Of a stretch of 64,000 nt of DNA, positions 20,051 to 32,714 are shown piece after piece. The notes below the pieces were generated by a model that was not told where the DNA came from, searched no databases, and saw only the letters and a program-made list of their open reading frames with translations. Position 1 is the stretch's first letter. Every line of letters starts with the position of its first letter. The position numbers and the translations under genes are program-made. The stretch is from positions 417,146 to 481,145 of the forward strand of contig MU054400.1 of assembly GCA_013239625.1 (NCBI GenBank), read 5' to 3'. The DNA is from Lama guanicoe. Its lineage: Eukaryota.

Positions 20051-22827
20051 TACTCTGAGAGATGAAACACAAGAGAATCGCTGGAAAAACCAACACAAGT
20101 CCTCCAGGGTCACACCCCAGCACCACCACACATGCCATTTATCAGCTGTTCATCTTGAGGCAAGTGACTGCACCTCCCAAGTCTCAATTCCTCACCTGTA
20201 AAAAGTCATAATGACAGGACTCATGAGGCTGTTGTGAGGATTAAATAAGATAATGTGAGTATTTACCTCTGTGCCTGAATCATGCTAAGCAATCAAATAT
20301 TTGTTACATTTATTGAGACACTCTATGTTCTAGGCATTGGGCTACATGCTAAGGATCAAAGAATGATGAAACACTGCCCCATCCTTCAGGGGTCTGGGGT
20401 ACAGTGTGGCAGACAGACTCATATACCAATTATTACAACGTAATGTGATAAGCACTATAAGGGAGTAACCAAACATGGCATTAGCCTAGGGAAAGGAATG
20501 ACTGACTCTTGCAGGGAGTGTTAAAAAAGGCTTCATGAAGAAGGGATATTTATCCTGGGTTTTACAGGATGAGAAGGAGCTTGCCTGGCAGAGAACTAAG
20601 GACAGAAGAACAGAGGATGTTCTTCGGTCCAAAGGCATTCCTATGTGTATTAGGTTAACTGTCATAACATACTGATGTTAGAACAATACATTTTACTGCC
20701 ATTGGCCAGAAGACTGTCATAAAAAATACACAAATCTGCAGTTTCTAAAGCATGAATGCAGCATCTTTGTGCACTACACAGCCTGCATAACATGAGTGAA
20801 GGTGCTGGTGTTCTTCTGAAAAGTAATCTTCACAGTCATGTAGAGTAGCAGTAACAGAGAAAGAGAAGAAATTTGGGAGAGAGATGAGGCCTGACCAAAA
20901 GCAAAACAAAGGAGACGGAGAGAAAGAAGGGCCAGGAGAAATTGTGAAGGTAGACTTAACTACTGACTGTATTTGGGGAATGACAAGGAAGTAAAGGGAG
21001 ATACCAAGATTCCTAATTTGGAAATGCTCATTAACCAAAACGATGAATACACAAGGAGACAATTTGGAGATAAACAGCAGGTGGAGAAGGGATGATTTCA
21101 GACTGAAACACAATTAGATCAAGTTACGTGTAGAACATCCAAGAGTCATGCTGCAATATATGGGTATGAAACTCAAGAGAGAAATGGACTGAATGTGTGT
21201 GTGTGCGTGTGTGTGTGTATTTTTGAGACTACAAAGAGCTTTCTTTGGGGTCTTAGGAATTACAATTCAGGAGACACAGTTTCAAGTAAAACCAAAAGTG
21301 TTTCATGGAAGAGAAAGAATCAGGGGCTTAGACAGGGAAAAGCTACAAGGTTGTTAAAGCTGTCTTGTAAGAACTGACTGGCTCTGACGCAAGAAAGAAA
21401 TATTTGTCCTTAACTGAATGTAGGTATTTGAGAGGCATCAACAAGTCATAGAAGAGTAAGGTTGAGATCACGCCGGGAGGCAGAGCAGGGAAGTGTGTGG
21501 GAGGGACAGGACCAGATCTTTGGGATGCCTCCCCAGACTCCAGAAGCTTACCAATGCTCGAGCCTCTAATACCCTCTCTTTGAGAAAGGACCCCTGCAGG
21601 CAAGGCAGCACTTAGCAGGCCCTCTGCAGAAGCTTTGTATCCAAAGGGGAGAGAAAAGAAACCAGATTTTTAAAAATTGTAGTTTAACTACCATCTGCAG
21701 AGACAGGATAACACAAGGCAGTGTGAGCAAATGAGTGCCAAACTCTGAGCCGCACGGTGAGGAAAAACGACAGCTGTGTGTAGGCAGGCTGGAGTGGAGA
21801 AATCTAGAGTCAGATAATAGTCAGGAAGCTGTGACCATAATGTGGGCCAGAGAGAGGTCCAAAAAGTTAAGCAGGCTTTGTGCAAGAGCATGAAGAGTCA
21901 GCTGTAAATCTAAAATCCTAAACTCAGAGCCTCAAGTGATGATGGCTACAGGCAAATCCCACTTTTAAATGCTACGTGTTCAGAATGGCATCTGTTTGCA
22001 CTTGCTGGAAACTGATGAATGAGCAGGTAATGGACTGAGGAGTATGGCTTCATTAAGCACTGGGAAATGAATCATGTGGTGACTGACTATTCACAGTAAT
22101 AATAAAAGAAGCCTAAAGAGAGAACGGTTAGAAAGGAGGGAATACGATAGACAGCTGAGATCATGGCTGACTTTTGCAGGATAACAGGAACTACCCCTCC
22201 TGCCCTAAATAAACACACATTCACATGCTTCATTCCCCCTAAAGTTCTGAAGTTATGATGTTCCTATTTACTACTCATTGAGAAGCTGAAGCAGTGACTA
22301 TACGATGCTCACACAACTAACCTTAAGCAATGTCTTGGCCCATTTCAGCCACAGATTTCAACTTTTAGGAATGAAGCATTTTAGAATATGGGGAGTATAT
22401 AAGGATGGATGTTTGTTCCTGAACCTTCAATATGATCCATCCAGTAAAAATCCATAAACTGCAAACTCTATGACTGCAGAAGTCAAGCCTGTTTTTGCTT
22501 CCACTATATCCTCAGCACTTACTACTTGGCATACAGCAAGAATATAATAAATATTTGCAAGTGAATGGCCAAATGATAATCCTATCCAGGTTCTCTTCCC
22601 TTCCTTCTCTCTCTCCCCTCCTCCAGGTCCTCTTCTTATGTGGGCGCTTTGTTACTCTGAGTAACTCCATCCTCACATCTATGTGGATAAACCCTAATTC
22701 TCTCTTTTCAGCCCCATACTTTTCATTCCAGAGTTGTGGGGATTGGTCAGAAAGAAATTCTGATTATTTCTTAAGGGACCCAAGTGATCTGACAGGCCAC
22801 ACAAGGCCAGAGATCTGATAACCTGGA

Positions 22828-23026
22828 ACGTGCTGTCCAGTAAAATTTTTGGCAATGATGGAAGTGTTCTAAACACCAACAGATCCACCACGTGACAATC
22901 GAGCATTTGAAATGTAGTTGGTGCGACAGAGGAAATGAATTTCTTACTTAGTTTCTTTTAAATTTAACTTAAATTTAAAATTAAATAGCTACATGTGGCT
23001 GAAGGCTACCATAATGTCCAGCACAG
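22828..23026. mobile_element. MER3-like hAT MITE
   Basis: gtgctgtccagtaaaatttttggcaatgatggaagtgttct...gagcatttgaaatgt...agctacatgtggct. Confidence 0.7.
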
Positions 23027-23957
23027 ACCCAGAAACTTGCCCGGCCCTGGTCAATTCCAAATCCCTCAGGTCTGAAGTTAACTTTCATACTCTAATCCCA
23101 CAGAGGTTACTTATTTCGCCTCCCACTTCTTTTCATAGAACTAGTCCCATTTATCCATCCCTCTCTCTCCTCCCTTCTCCCAGACTCAAACACATGCACC
23201 CTCACACACACATACATCCTTCAGGAATGACGTACTGAATCAGGACTCCCAAATGAGTCATTCTTAATATGATCTCCTGGTACTGAATTATACACTTTTC
23301 TCCCTCCAAGAAAACCAAATCTTTCTCAACTTCCAAGTCCCACCTCCTCCCTGAGGCCTTCACGGAGCTGTCTTCTGTACATCTTGTTATTGGGTGTGGC
23401 TGATTTACCTTCTTTGAAAATTAAACATGGATGTAATCTCACTGGCCTACTGAGATTATAATCTCCTTGTAAACAGACTGCATCCATTCAGGAAATTCAG
23501 AGGAAAGGTCACTGGACCTTGCTGGTCTAGGCTTGGTCTGATCCTGTACTTCTGGATCCCCTGGTGTTCAGCATACTTGTATCAAGTGCACACTATGTGC
23601 CAGGCACTTGTCAAATGTCTTACTTACATTATCTCATTTAATCTTCACAACAACTCTCACTCTAAGGAAAATTTAAGTCTTAGAGAAAATAAGTAACATA
23701 TTCAAGACACATAGCCAACATGTGCCAGAGCTAGAATTTGAATTACTCCAAAGAATGGGTTCTTACTCACTACATCATATACTTTCTGTCTTCATTCATT
23801 TGATCATTTAAGCAAAATTACTGCATGCTTACCACGTGCCTTGTGCCATTCTGGTGCTGGGAATAAAGAGATATTACATCTCACTTATATGTATGATGCA
23901 GGTATAAAACATCAAACCTGCCTTCAAAAGGCTCAGAAAAACTAAAAACAATTGTAA

Positions 23958-25240
23958 CATCCCTTACACCATACACAAAAATAAACTCAAAATGGATCAA
24001 AGACTTAAACATAAGACAAGATACAATAAGCTTCCTAGAAGAAAATACAGGCAAAACATTATCTCTCATACATCTCAAAAATGTTCTCCTAGGGCAGTCT
24101 ACCCAAGCAATAGAAATAAAAACAAGAATAAACAAATGGGACCTAATGAAACTTACAAGCTTCTGCACAGCAAAAGAAACCATAAGTAAAACAAAACAAC
24201 AACCTACGGAATGGGAGAAAATTTTTGCAGATGAAACCGACAAAGGCTTGATCTCCATAATATAAGCAGCTCATACAACTTAATAAGAAAACAAACAAAC
24301 AACCCAATCCAAAAATGGGCAGAAGACCTAAACAAGCAATTCTCCAAGGAAGACATACAAATGATCAATAGGCACATGAAAAAGTGCTCAATATCACTAA
24401 TTATCAGAGAAATGCAAATCAAAACTACAATGAGGTATCACCTCACACCAGTCAGAATGACCATCATTCAAAAGTCCACAAAAGACAAATGCTGGAGAGG
24501 CTGTGGAGAAAGGGGAACCCTCCTACACTGCTGGTGGGAATGCAGTTTGGTGCAGCCACTGTGGAAAGCAGTATGGAGATTCCTCAAAAGACTAGGAACA
24601 GACTTACCATATAACCCAGTAAGCCTGCTCTTGGGCATCTATCCAGAAGGAACCCTACTTCAAAAAGACACCTGTACCCCAATGTTCATAGCAGCACTAT
24701 TCACAATAGCCAAGACATAGAAACAGCCTAAATGTCCATCAACAGATGACTGGATAAAGAAGAGGTGGCCTATTTATACAATGGAATACTACTCAGCCAT
24801 AAAAACCAACAACATAACACCATTTGCAGCAACATGGATGTTCCTGGAGAATGTCATTCTAAGTGAAGTAAGCCAGAAAGAGAAAGAAAAATACCATACG
24901 AGATCGCTCATATGTGGAATTAAAAAAAAAAAGAGCATAAATATAAAACAAAAACAGACTCATAGACATAGAATACAAACCTGTGGTTTCCAAGGTGGGA
25001 AGGGATAGACTGGGAGTTCAAAATTTGTAGATACCAACAGGAATATGTAGAATAGATAAACAAGATTATACTGTATAGCACAGGGAACTATATACAGATC
25101 TTGTGGTAGCTCACAGCAAAAAAAAAAATGTGACAATGAATATATGTATGTTCATGTATAACTGAAAAATTGTGCTCTACACTGGAATTTGACACAACAT
25201 TGTAAAATGACTGTAACTCAATAAAAAATGTTAAAAAAAA
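23958..25240 (+). mobile_element. 5'-truncated relatively young LINE-1 (ORF2 C-terminus, 3' UTR, A-tail) in APTX intron 1
   Basis: ORF2 peptides [46 protein letters not shown] and MEYYSAIK; disrupted by frameshifts and a TAG at 24718-24720. Confidence 0.95.
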
Positions 25241-27639
25241 TTTAACAAATGTGTAAAGTATAATAACTGGTGTATACAAAGGGTGTAAGGGACGCACACT
25301 GCTGGAGTACCCAACCTAGACAGAGGCAGAAGGTGTCAAGGAAGGTTTCCTATAAGAGGTGGGCCAAAATGAGACCTATATATTAACTGGGTTAATTAAA
25401 AATGGGCAGCCTAATTAGGTAAGAAGCAGGAAGTGGAGAAAGGAATCAGAGAGAAGATTCCAGTCAAAGAGAAGAGCAAGGGCAATGCACAAAGAAATAG
25501 CACAGCGCACATGAAGAAACAGTTCGGCGTTGCTGAAATCTAAAGTACGAGGCAAAAAAGAGGCTGGAGATGCAGGCAGGTCCAGAAGGAGCAGAGCCCT
25601 GGGGGACCAGCTGAGAAGCTCAAACTTTAGAAGTTCTAATGGATTTTGCAACTTAGTAAACAGTAAATATTTGCTGAATAAATGAGAGAAAAGGTTGGAT
25701 GACTGAACAGACAGTTCTTTAAACATTATTAAGCAGGACTCTGACTCAGTCAGATTTGTTTCAAAGTTCATTTGGGGCAAGGGGATAGGTAGTGTGAAGA
25801 GTAGATACATGGGGAACAGGACTAGAGCAGGAGAAACCAGTTAGAAGGCCATCATACTCTAGATGAAAAATGATAAATTCTAAAGTAGGACAATAATAGG
25901 GACAGAAAAAAGAGCACAGATTTGTGAAATATTTAGAGGACAAAATCAACAGGATTTAGTGATGGATGTGCTAAGATAAAGTTCAGGGAAGATGGCATTT
26001 GAAGAGTCTCTGGGACTTGCAGGCAGAGCTGTCCAGCAGGGTAGCCAAAGGTGAGCATGAAATTCTAAGCTGACACTTCAATTTGGGAGCATGTAGGAGG
26101 GAGTCAGCTGACGTTTTCACTCTGGCAGGGTGTACAAAATGAAAAGAGCAGTGGGCCAAAGTTACAAACCTTGGAAACACCCAAGATTTTAAGAGAGGAG
26201 AAAAAGCTACCCACAGGAGAAAAGATCTGAGAGAGAGGCACATGGAGAAATAGCTAGAAAGTAAAGTGTTTTCTCCTTACAGGAAATCACTGTGTCTTGT
26301 TCATCTCCATATCACAATACATGTTTGTTGAATAAATCAGCTGGGTGTATTGTCCTGGAAAACAAAAGGAGTAGGGAGTGAGAGGTATCATCAAGTTTCA
26401 AAAGCAGTAAAGGTATCCAGTAATGATTGAAGAATGTCTACGTGGTTTGATAATCAATTGCTGGTGACTACAAGGTAAAATTTCAGGGGAATAAGAAATC
26501 TGAAAGCTGGACTGCAGAAGGGAACGGAAGGTGGGGAGTTGGAGACAAAAGTCAGAATACTCTTTTTAAAAAGTATGGATAGAAGGGGAGAGAGGTACTG
26601 GATGAGAGCCAAAGGAAGATGTATCACCAGGAAATTTTTCTTTCTTTCTGGCTTGTGGGAGGGAGGAAGGATTCTGAAAAACCTTACCTTGTTTATAAAT
26701 GATTGGGAGACACAGGGGCAGAAAAGACAAAAGAAAGCAAAGTCTCATGAGTGAAAATATAAAAGAAAGGTCAGAAGCAAAGATAAAGGAATTTGCTTTG
26801 ATCAGAGGAGACAGCTCATCCTTTGATTCTGAAGGAAAAGTAAAGCTGGGTATAAATCTAGATGACTTTGTGAAGAGAGAAAGCAGGGGCAGAAACCCAA
26901 GAGAAAGCACATCTGATGACCTTAATTTTCTCCATAAAATAATAGATAACAGAGTTTGGTGTTTGAGAACTTAATAACAACAGTTGAAGAAAATCAATAT
27001 AAAATAGTGAATAATACCCAGCTTCTGAAGTCCAACTGCTCAAAGTTCAAATCTTGCCTCTACTGTGTGACTTGAGGTCAGTTATTTAACCTAAGTCTTT
27101 ATTTCTTCAGCTGTAAAACGGTATTAATTATTGCTCTACACTACATGGTTGTCTCAAGGGCTAAATTAATACGTAAAAAGCTCGGTGTTTGCCAAAATGT
27201 AACCATTCAACACTATTATCACTCTCGTTAACAGTGAAGGTAAAATGAAAGCATGGGTGAAGGAAATGTAAAAAGATCATCTCACAGCACTGTGCAAAGA
27301 GAAAAGGCAAACCTGTTTCGTCTGCCCACACGAACAGTCCTGTCTCAAGTGTTTTCGTAACGCCCAATATAAATCAAATTCCCAAAAAGCTCCAAACCTG
27401 GACCACATTAATTCCATATGGAAATTATATCCCTGCTTTGTTGAACCGCTATTACTGGTCTGCAGGAGCAAAGTCTTACATCTTCTGGTCTTCCTATAAG
27501 GCCTGTTGAGGACGCTGTAAATGGCTCTCAAGTTCCTCTCACGGGGCATTTCTGGAGGAAACAATGTCCTTCCTGAAAAGCTGAGAAGCCTCCTTGGGTT
27601 GGGCAGTGCCCATTTCCTATTCTGCCTGTGTTCCGACCA

Positions 27640-28260
27640 AGTTAGGTACACGGGTAGAGGGGGGCGAAGAGCACTCATGTGAACGACCGCGAAGTGGGGC
27701 GGAGACCAACGTGAACGCCGCCAAAACCCCGCAGAAGAGAAATGAAAGCGGAGAACCCTGGAGCCTGAGAATGGAACAACGCTAGCTGTGGGGGAAAGCA
27801 GTGAGAGCGTTATTCAAAGCACATCACCCAGGGGTAACAGAGGACCCACGCTAAGGCCCCCACTCAAGGATTTCAACCCAGGCACATAAGAGGCACGCCG
27901 ACAACTGCCTTACCTCGAAACCGCAGAACGGACAGGTTCACGTTACTTCTCCGTGCCGCACCACTTCCGGCGCTGCGGAATGACGTCACGACTCAGGCTA
28001 GAGAGCAACCGCTGACGTCACCAAGCGCTTGTCGGAAGAGTGGTTGAGAGAGTCTCGGCCAATGCCCGGATCGGGAAGCCCCAGCCCTAATTGGTCCGTA
28101 CTGGACCAGTATCCAAATTTGGATCCTGGCAGTTGTCCCGGTTCGGATGGGCTCTCTCAGCATCTGTCTACTCGAGAGCTGCTGCCCTGTTACCACCTTT
28201 TAGCAGCTATCCCCGCGGCGGCCGTTTCTAGGCAGCAGTGCAGCCTCGACATTCCCTTCG
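27640..28260 (-). promoter_or_regulatory. APTX CpG-island promoter with two CRE palindromes and an ETS site
   Basis: CpG-rich; TGACGTCA at 27981-27988 and 28013-28020; CCGGAAGTG on the minus strand at 27962-27970. Confidence 0.8.
27914..27975 (-). other. APTX: APTX first exon (non-coding here; 5' boundary approximate)
   Basis: Lies in the CpG island and ends in a strong donor GAG|GTAAGG. AGTAACGTGAACCTGTCCGTT resembles the SNVNLSV-coding first exon of mammalian APTX. Confidence 0.8.
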
Positions 28261-29449
28261 TAAGCAGCTCACTACCTTAAAGGCCATCTTTACCTGCTTG
28301 TAGCATTGTTTTCCCTAATCCTTTCAAAGCTACAATCTGCTTTCTCTTTTTTCTAGGGTAAAAGAGTGGAAACGGGAAAACCTGCTAAGATTTTTTTAAT
28401 GCTGTCTTCACTAAATGAAATGGCTGAAGAGCAATCAGGGAGGAGAGAGGCAGGATGTTGGGATGAGCAGTGTTTACTGATTTTTTTTTTTTGGCAATTC
28501 TAGGATGTTCCCCAAGCGGCACGTGCTGCAATTATTCTAAGGCATTTTGGTATATGGAAAAATTCCTATCTCATTTGGAAAACTGTTTCCTTCTATAGGA
28601 AAGCAGAGACTCATTGGTATGATGTTGATATCAAAGCTATCAAAACAGAGTGGTAGGATCCTCCAGAAGACACTGAAGAGAGACTTGCCCTCGTTAGCAG
28701 AGAAGATACAGGTTTATATTAGGGTCACACCAGGAAGTGGATTAAGCACAGGAAGCGTCTCAGCGGCTACACAGGCCTTGTGGCTGTGGAATGTGATTCA
28801 CATTGTTCGAGGTAAAGAAACGCTACTCTGGTGACCTGACCAGTTTTGTTCTTCCCTCCGAATTCTTCTCTTAGCCTCTGACCTGACCTGCCTATGTGTG
28901 TCTTGCATTCAAAATTGGATTGGATTGTTCTAATTAGATTATTCATCATATGTTGTGCAAAATTAGGCAGAATTTTTAGGCCCTATTAGGTCTAGCCCTT
29001 TGTGTATAGCATAATACTTGCCCAAGAAGCAGGTTCACAAGGCACAACAAACACATTGCTTAAGGGCATGGTGGGCACTTAAAAATTTTTTCAAGGACCC
29101 CAGAACCAAAGATTTATCACAACAGATACATAGAAAATAATACAGAGTAAACCTGTAGTATTATCTAATGCAGTAGCCCTCAAAGTGTAATCCTTGGGTT
29201 AGTAGCAGTAGCCTCAAAAGACGGGAAATGCAGAGAAATTCTCAGTTCTCAATCCAGGCTTAATGATTCAGAAACTTTTGGGGTAGGGCCCAGGATTCTG
29301 TTTAACAAGCACACCAGGTTATCCTTCCTAATACATGCTTAAATTTGAGATTCACCGATGAAGGCAAAGCTTCAAACCATACGCTATGTTAAATGTATTT
29401 TGTTGGGCTGTTCAGGGCTTTTGGATTTCTTTTTCAAAAAAGAAATCTG

Positions 29450-30840
29450 TTTTAATTTTTAATTGTGGCAAAATACACATGACATAAAACTTGCCATCTT
29501 AACCATTTTTAAGTATAGAGTTCAGCAGTGTTAAGTATATTCATATTGTAGTGAAATCTATCAACTCTCCATTTCCTTCTTCCCCATCCCCTGGCAGCCA
29601 CTATCGTACTTTTGGTTTCCATGAGTTTGACCACTCCAGATACTCCACGTAAGTGAAATCATACAGTATTTACCTTTTTGTGACTGGCTTATTTCATTTA
29701 GCATAATGTCCTCAAGATTGATTCACTTGCAAAGTGTCAAAACTTCTCTCCTTTTCAAAGCTAAAAAACATTCCATTGCATCTCTACACCAAATTTTATT
29801 CCTCTGCTTCCACCTTTTGGCTATTACAAATAATGCTGCTAGGAACATGGTTGTACAGATATCTCTTTGAGATCTTGCCTTCAGTTCTTTTGGATACATA
29901 CCCCAAAGTGGGTTTGTTGATTCATAATTCTGTTTTTAGTACTTTAAGGAACCACCTACTGTTTTCCATAGCGGCTACACTATTTTACATTCCCACCAAC
30001 AGTACCCAAGCATTCCAGTTTCTCCACATCCTTGCCAACCATTGTTATTTTCTGATTTTGGTGGGTTGTTTTGTTTTGTTTTTAGTAGCAATCATCCTAA
30101 TGGGTGTTAGATGATATCTCACTGTGGCTTTGATTTACATTTCTCTAACAATTAGTGATGTTGAGCATCTTTCCATGTTTTTTGGCCACTTGTGTATCTT
30201 CTTTAGAGAAGTACCTATTCAAATAACTTGCCTATTTTTTAATCAGGTTATTTTGTTGTTGTTGCACTACAGAAATTCTTTTTATCTTACAGATATTAAC
30301 CTCTTATCAGATAAATATGATTTGCAAATATTTTTCCCATTTCACAGGCTGCCTTTTTACTCAGTCAATTGTGCCCTATACAGATGTTTTTAATTTTGAT
30401 GTAGTCCAATTTACCTATTTTTACTCTTGCTGCCTGTGCTTTTGGTATCATATCCAATAAATTATTGGAAGCCTTCCCCCTGCATTTTATAGTTTTAGGT
30501 CTTACATTTAGGTCTTTGATTCATTTTGAGTTCATTTTTTATATGGTGTAAAATTAGCATCCAGCATCATCCTTCTGCATGTGGATATCCAGTTTTCCCA
30601 ACACCATTTCTTGAAAACACTGTCTTTTCTCCATTGAATGGTCTTGGGATACTTATTGAAAATCATTTGACCACATATGCAAGGGTTTATTTAGGGGCTT
30701 TCTATTCTGTTCCATTGGTCTATGTCTGTGTTTATGTCAGTACCCTGTTTTGATTACTGTTGCTTTGTAACAACTTTTGAAATCAGGAGGTGTGAGACCT
30801 CCAACTTTGTGCTTTTGCAAGATTGTTTCGCCTATTTTGC
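29450..30840 (-). mobile_element. Degenerate LINE-1 (L1M) fragment
   Basis: Antisense L1 ORF2 and 3' UTR motifs (tgtgactggcttatttcatttagcataatgtcc, tttctccacatccttgccaac, atccagttttcccaacaccattt). Confidence 0.9.
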
Positions 30841-31929
30841 TCAGGGGGGGTTAATTTTTTTGAATTCCAGTAGTTAGAAATTAGAAGATCTTACATGAAA
30901 ATAAGGATTCATGGTCTCTTGAAAAAAAAATCAAGAAATCCAGCAAATTCTGGCAACAAATAACGGGAATTATGAGTGGCTGCCATGTGCTCTCCAGCTG
31001 CCATTGCCTCCACCCACTTATTTATATAACCTGTCTGGTGCCTTGAAGGCCCTGCTTTCTTTGAGAGTTTGAGACTCCTGGTCTAAGGGAAAGGAAGTTG
31101 GAACCAGAGGACCGACCTGGGGAGGCTGCAGAGGCTGCAGTGGTCTGCTTCAGAGATTTTCTTAAAAGTATAGAGTTCTAGGAGAAAATATAACTAGGAT
31201 ATTTTATTTGGTTTTTTGTTTTTCTTTTTTCTTTTTTTTTTTTTTTGGTTTGGTTTCTTTGGCAGAAGGGAGGGTAAGGTGGGAGGGGTGTCAGGAAAAA
31301 CCTGTGTGAGGAAAGGACAATTGTACTGACTCCAGAAAGATTAAAATGAAACCAACTCAAGTGAAGAGTTGGTGGAAGAATATTCTAGGTCTATGATGTA
31401 GACTGAGGAAAGAGTATGTACAAAAGCCCTACAGTAAAGCCTTGAGCATATTCTTTCAGGCATGACAGAAGCCCAGGGGAGTTGAGGGATAGATAGTAAA
31501 AGGAAAATAGTGAGCAAGGATCAGATAGTAAACCATTTAGGAACTGTATGTGGGCTTATCCTATACTCAATGAGAAAACCGTAAAGAGTTAGCTGGAGAA
31601 TGACTTTATTTGATTTTCATTTTATGAAGATCACTGTGGATGTTGTGAGGAAGAATGGATTGGAGGGGAAGATGAGAAAAGAAAGGCTAAGAGCAGTCAG
31701 GAGTTTACTGATGGAACACAAAAGATGTTGGCAGCCTGGACAAGAAAATAGGGGTGGACTGATTTAAGAGGTATTTTGGAGGCAGCATCAGCTGGACAAG
31801 ACTTTCTTCTCTGTAGGCCAACTTAGGTCAGATGGCAAATAATAGAAGTCACTTAGTGGGGATAGGACCAAAACCTAGTGAGCTGTAAATGTAGTTGCAT
31901 CTTTTACATATCCAAAAACTTCTCACTGC

Positions 31930-32295
31930 AAGCACTTGCAACTCTGCCTGCAGGCTTCCTCTGGCCTCGGCAGCCTTCTCTGACTGCACGTGGGCCGGAA
32001 GGGAGGGGATTTACACCCCTGGGAGCAGCAGTGAAAATGATGTAAAGTGGATGGGTAAACTTGTTTCCACAGCCCTGGGGAGAAACAACTTTAAAACACT
32101 GTCTCCTCGAGGCTCTCCTGCCCCAGTTGTCTGCAGTGGTAAACTGCAGGTTAATCCACCTGTACTGCTTCCTTCCCATCCCTGTCTCACTTCTCTGTTC
32201 CCCTACTGCTGCTTCCTGGGATCACCTTCTCAACAAACTAACTACACTCAAATCCTTGCCTCAGTGTCTGCTTCTGGGGGAACCCAACCTACACA
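31930..32295 (+). mobile_element. ERVL-type solo LTR (LTR16-like)
   Basis: Ends in tcaaatccttgcctcagtgtctgcttctgggggaacccaacct, typical of LTR16/LTR33 termini. Confidence 0.55.
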
Positions 32296-32601
32296 CTCCT
32301 GAATATTTTCTAGTGATATTTTATTTCTTTTTAGATTAGTTAATAAACTCCCACTGCTTCCCAACTTTTTGACGTTATGGCACAAAGATAAAATTATATA
32401 TGCAGAGCGTACTGGGTTCATCTTAAGGTCAATGAGGAACTTGGTGAAAAATCACATTTTCTTTATAATTATACATGATATAAATTTAAAATAGACTTTT
32501 TGAGAAAATAATATTGGTTTTGGCTAAATATCAAGTAAAATAGTTTAAATTTTTTCATGAGAAACTTGACCATGTTTCTGTGCATATTACTTTTCTTTAA
32601 A

Positions 32602-32714
32602 AAAATATGTAACACATCACGAATTTGCATGTCATCCTTATGCAAGGGCCTATCTTCTAGAGGATGCAAATCCTCTCTGTATTGTTTCAATTTTAGTGCT
32701 GCTGAGGCAAGGAC
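32602..32714 (-). pseudogene. RNU6: U6 snRNA retropseudogene
   Basis: Matches the reverse complement of U6 end to end (AAAATATG-AAC...CACGAATTTGC-TGTCATCCTT...TCTCTGTAT-GTT-CAATTTTAG...TGCTGC-GA-GC-AG-AC), with many substitutions, a 13-nt insertion and a flanking TATTAC(C/T)TTT duplication. Confidence 0.9.

Noticed and set aside
23881..25008. Host-gene-like ORFs within APTX intron 1
   Set aside because: They are sense and antisense translations of a broken L1 ORF2.
29734..30753. Hydrophobic plus-strand ORFs resembling membrane proteins
   Set aside because: They are antisense readings of the A-rich L1 strand, a common artefact.
32602..32714. Functional U6 snRNA gene
   Set aside because: Multiple substitutions, an internal insertion and deletion, a TSD, and no evident PSE/TATA upstream.
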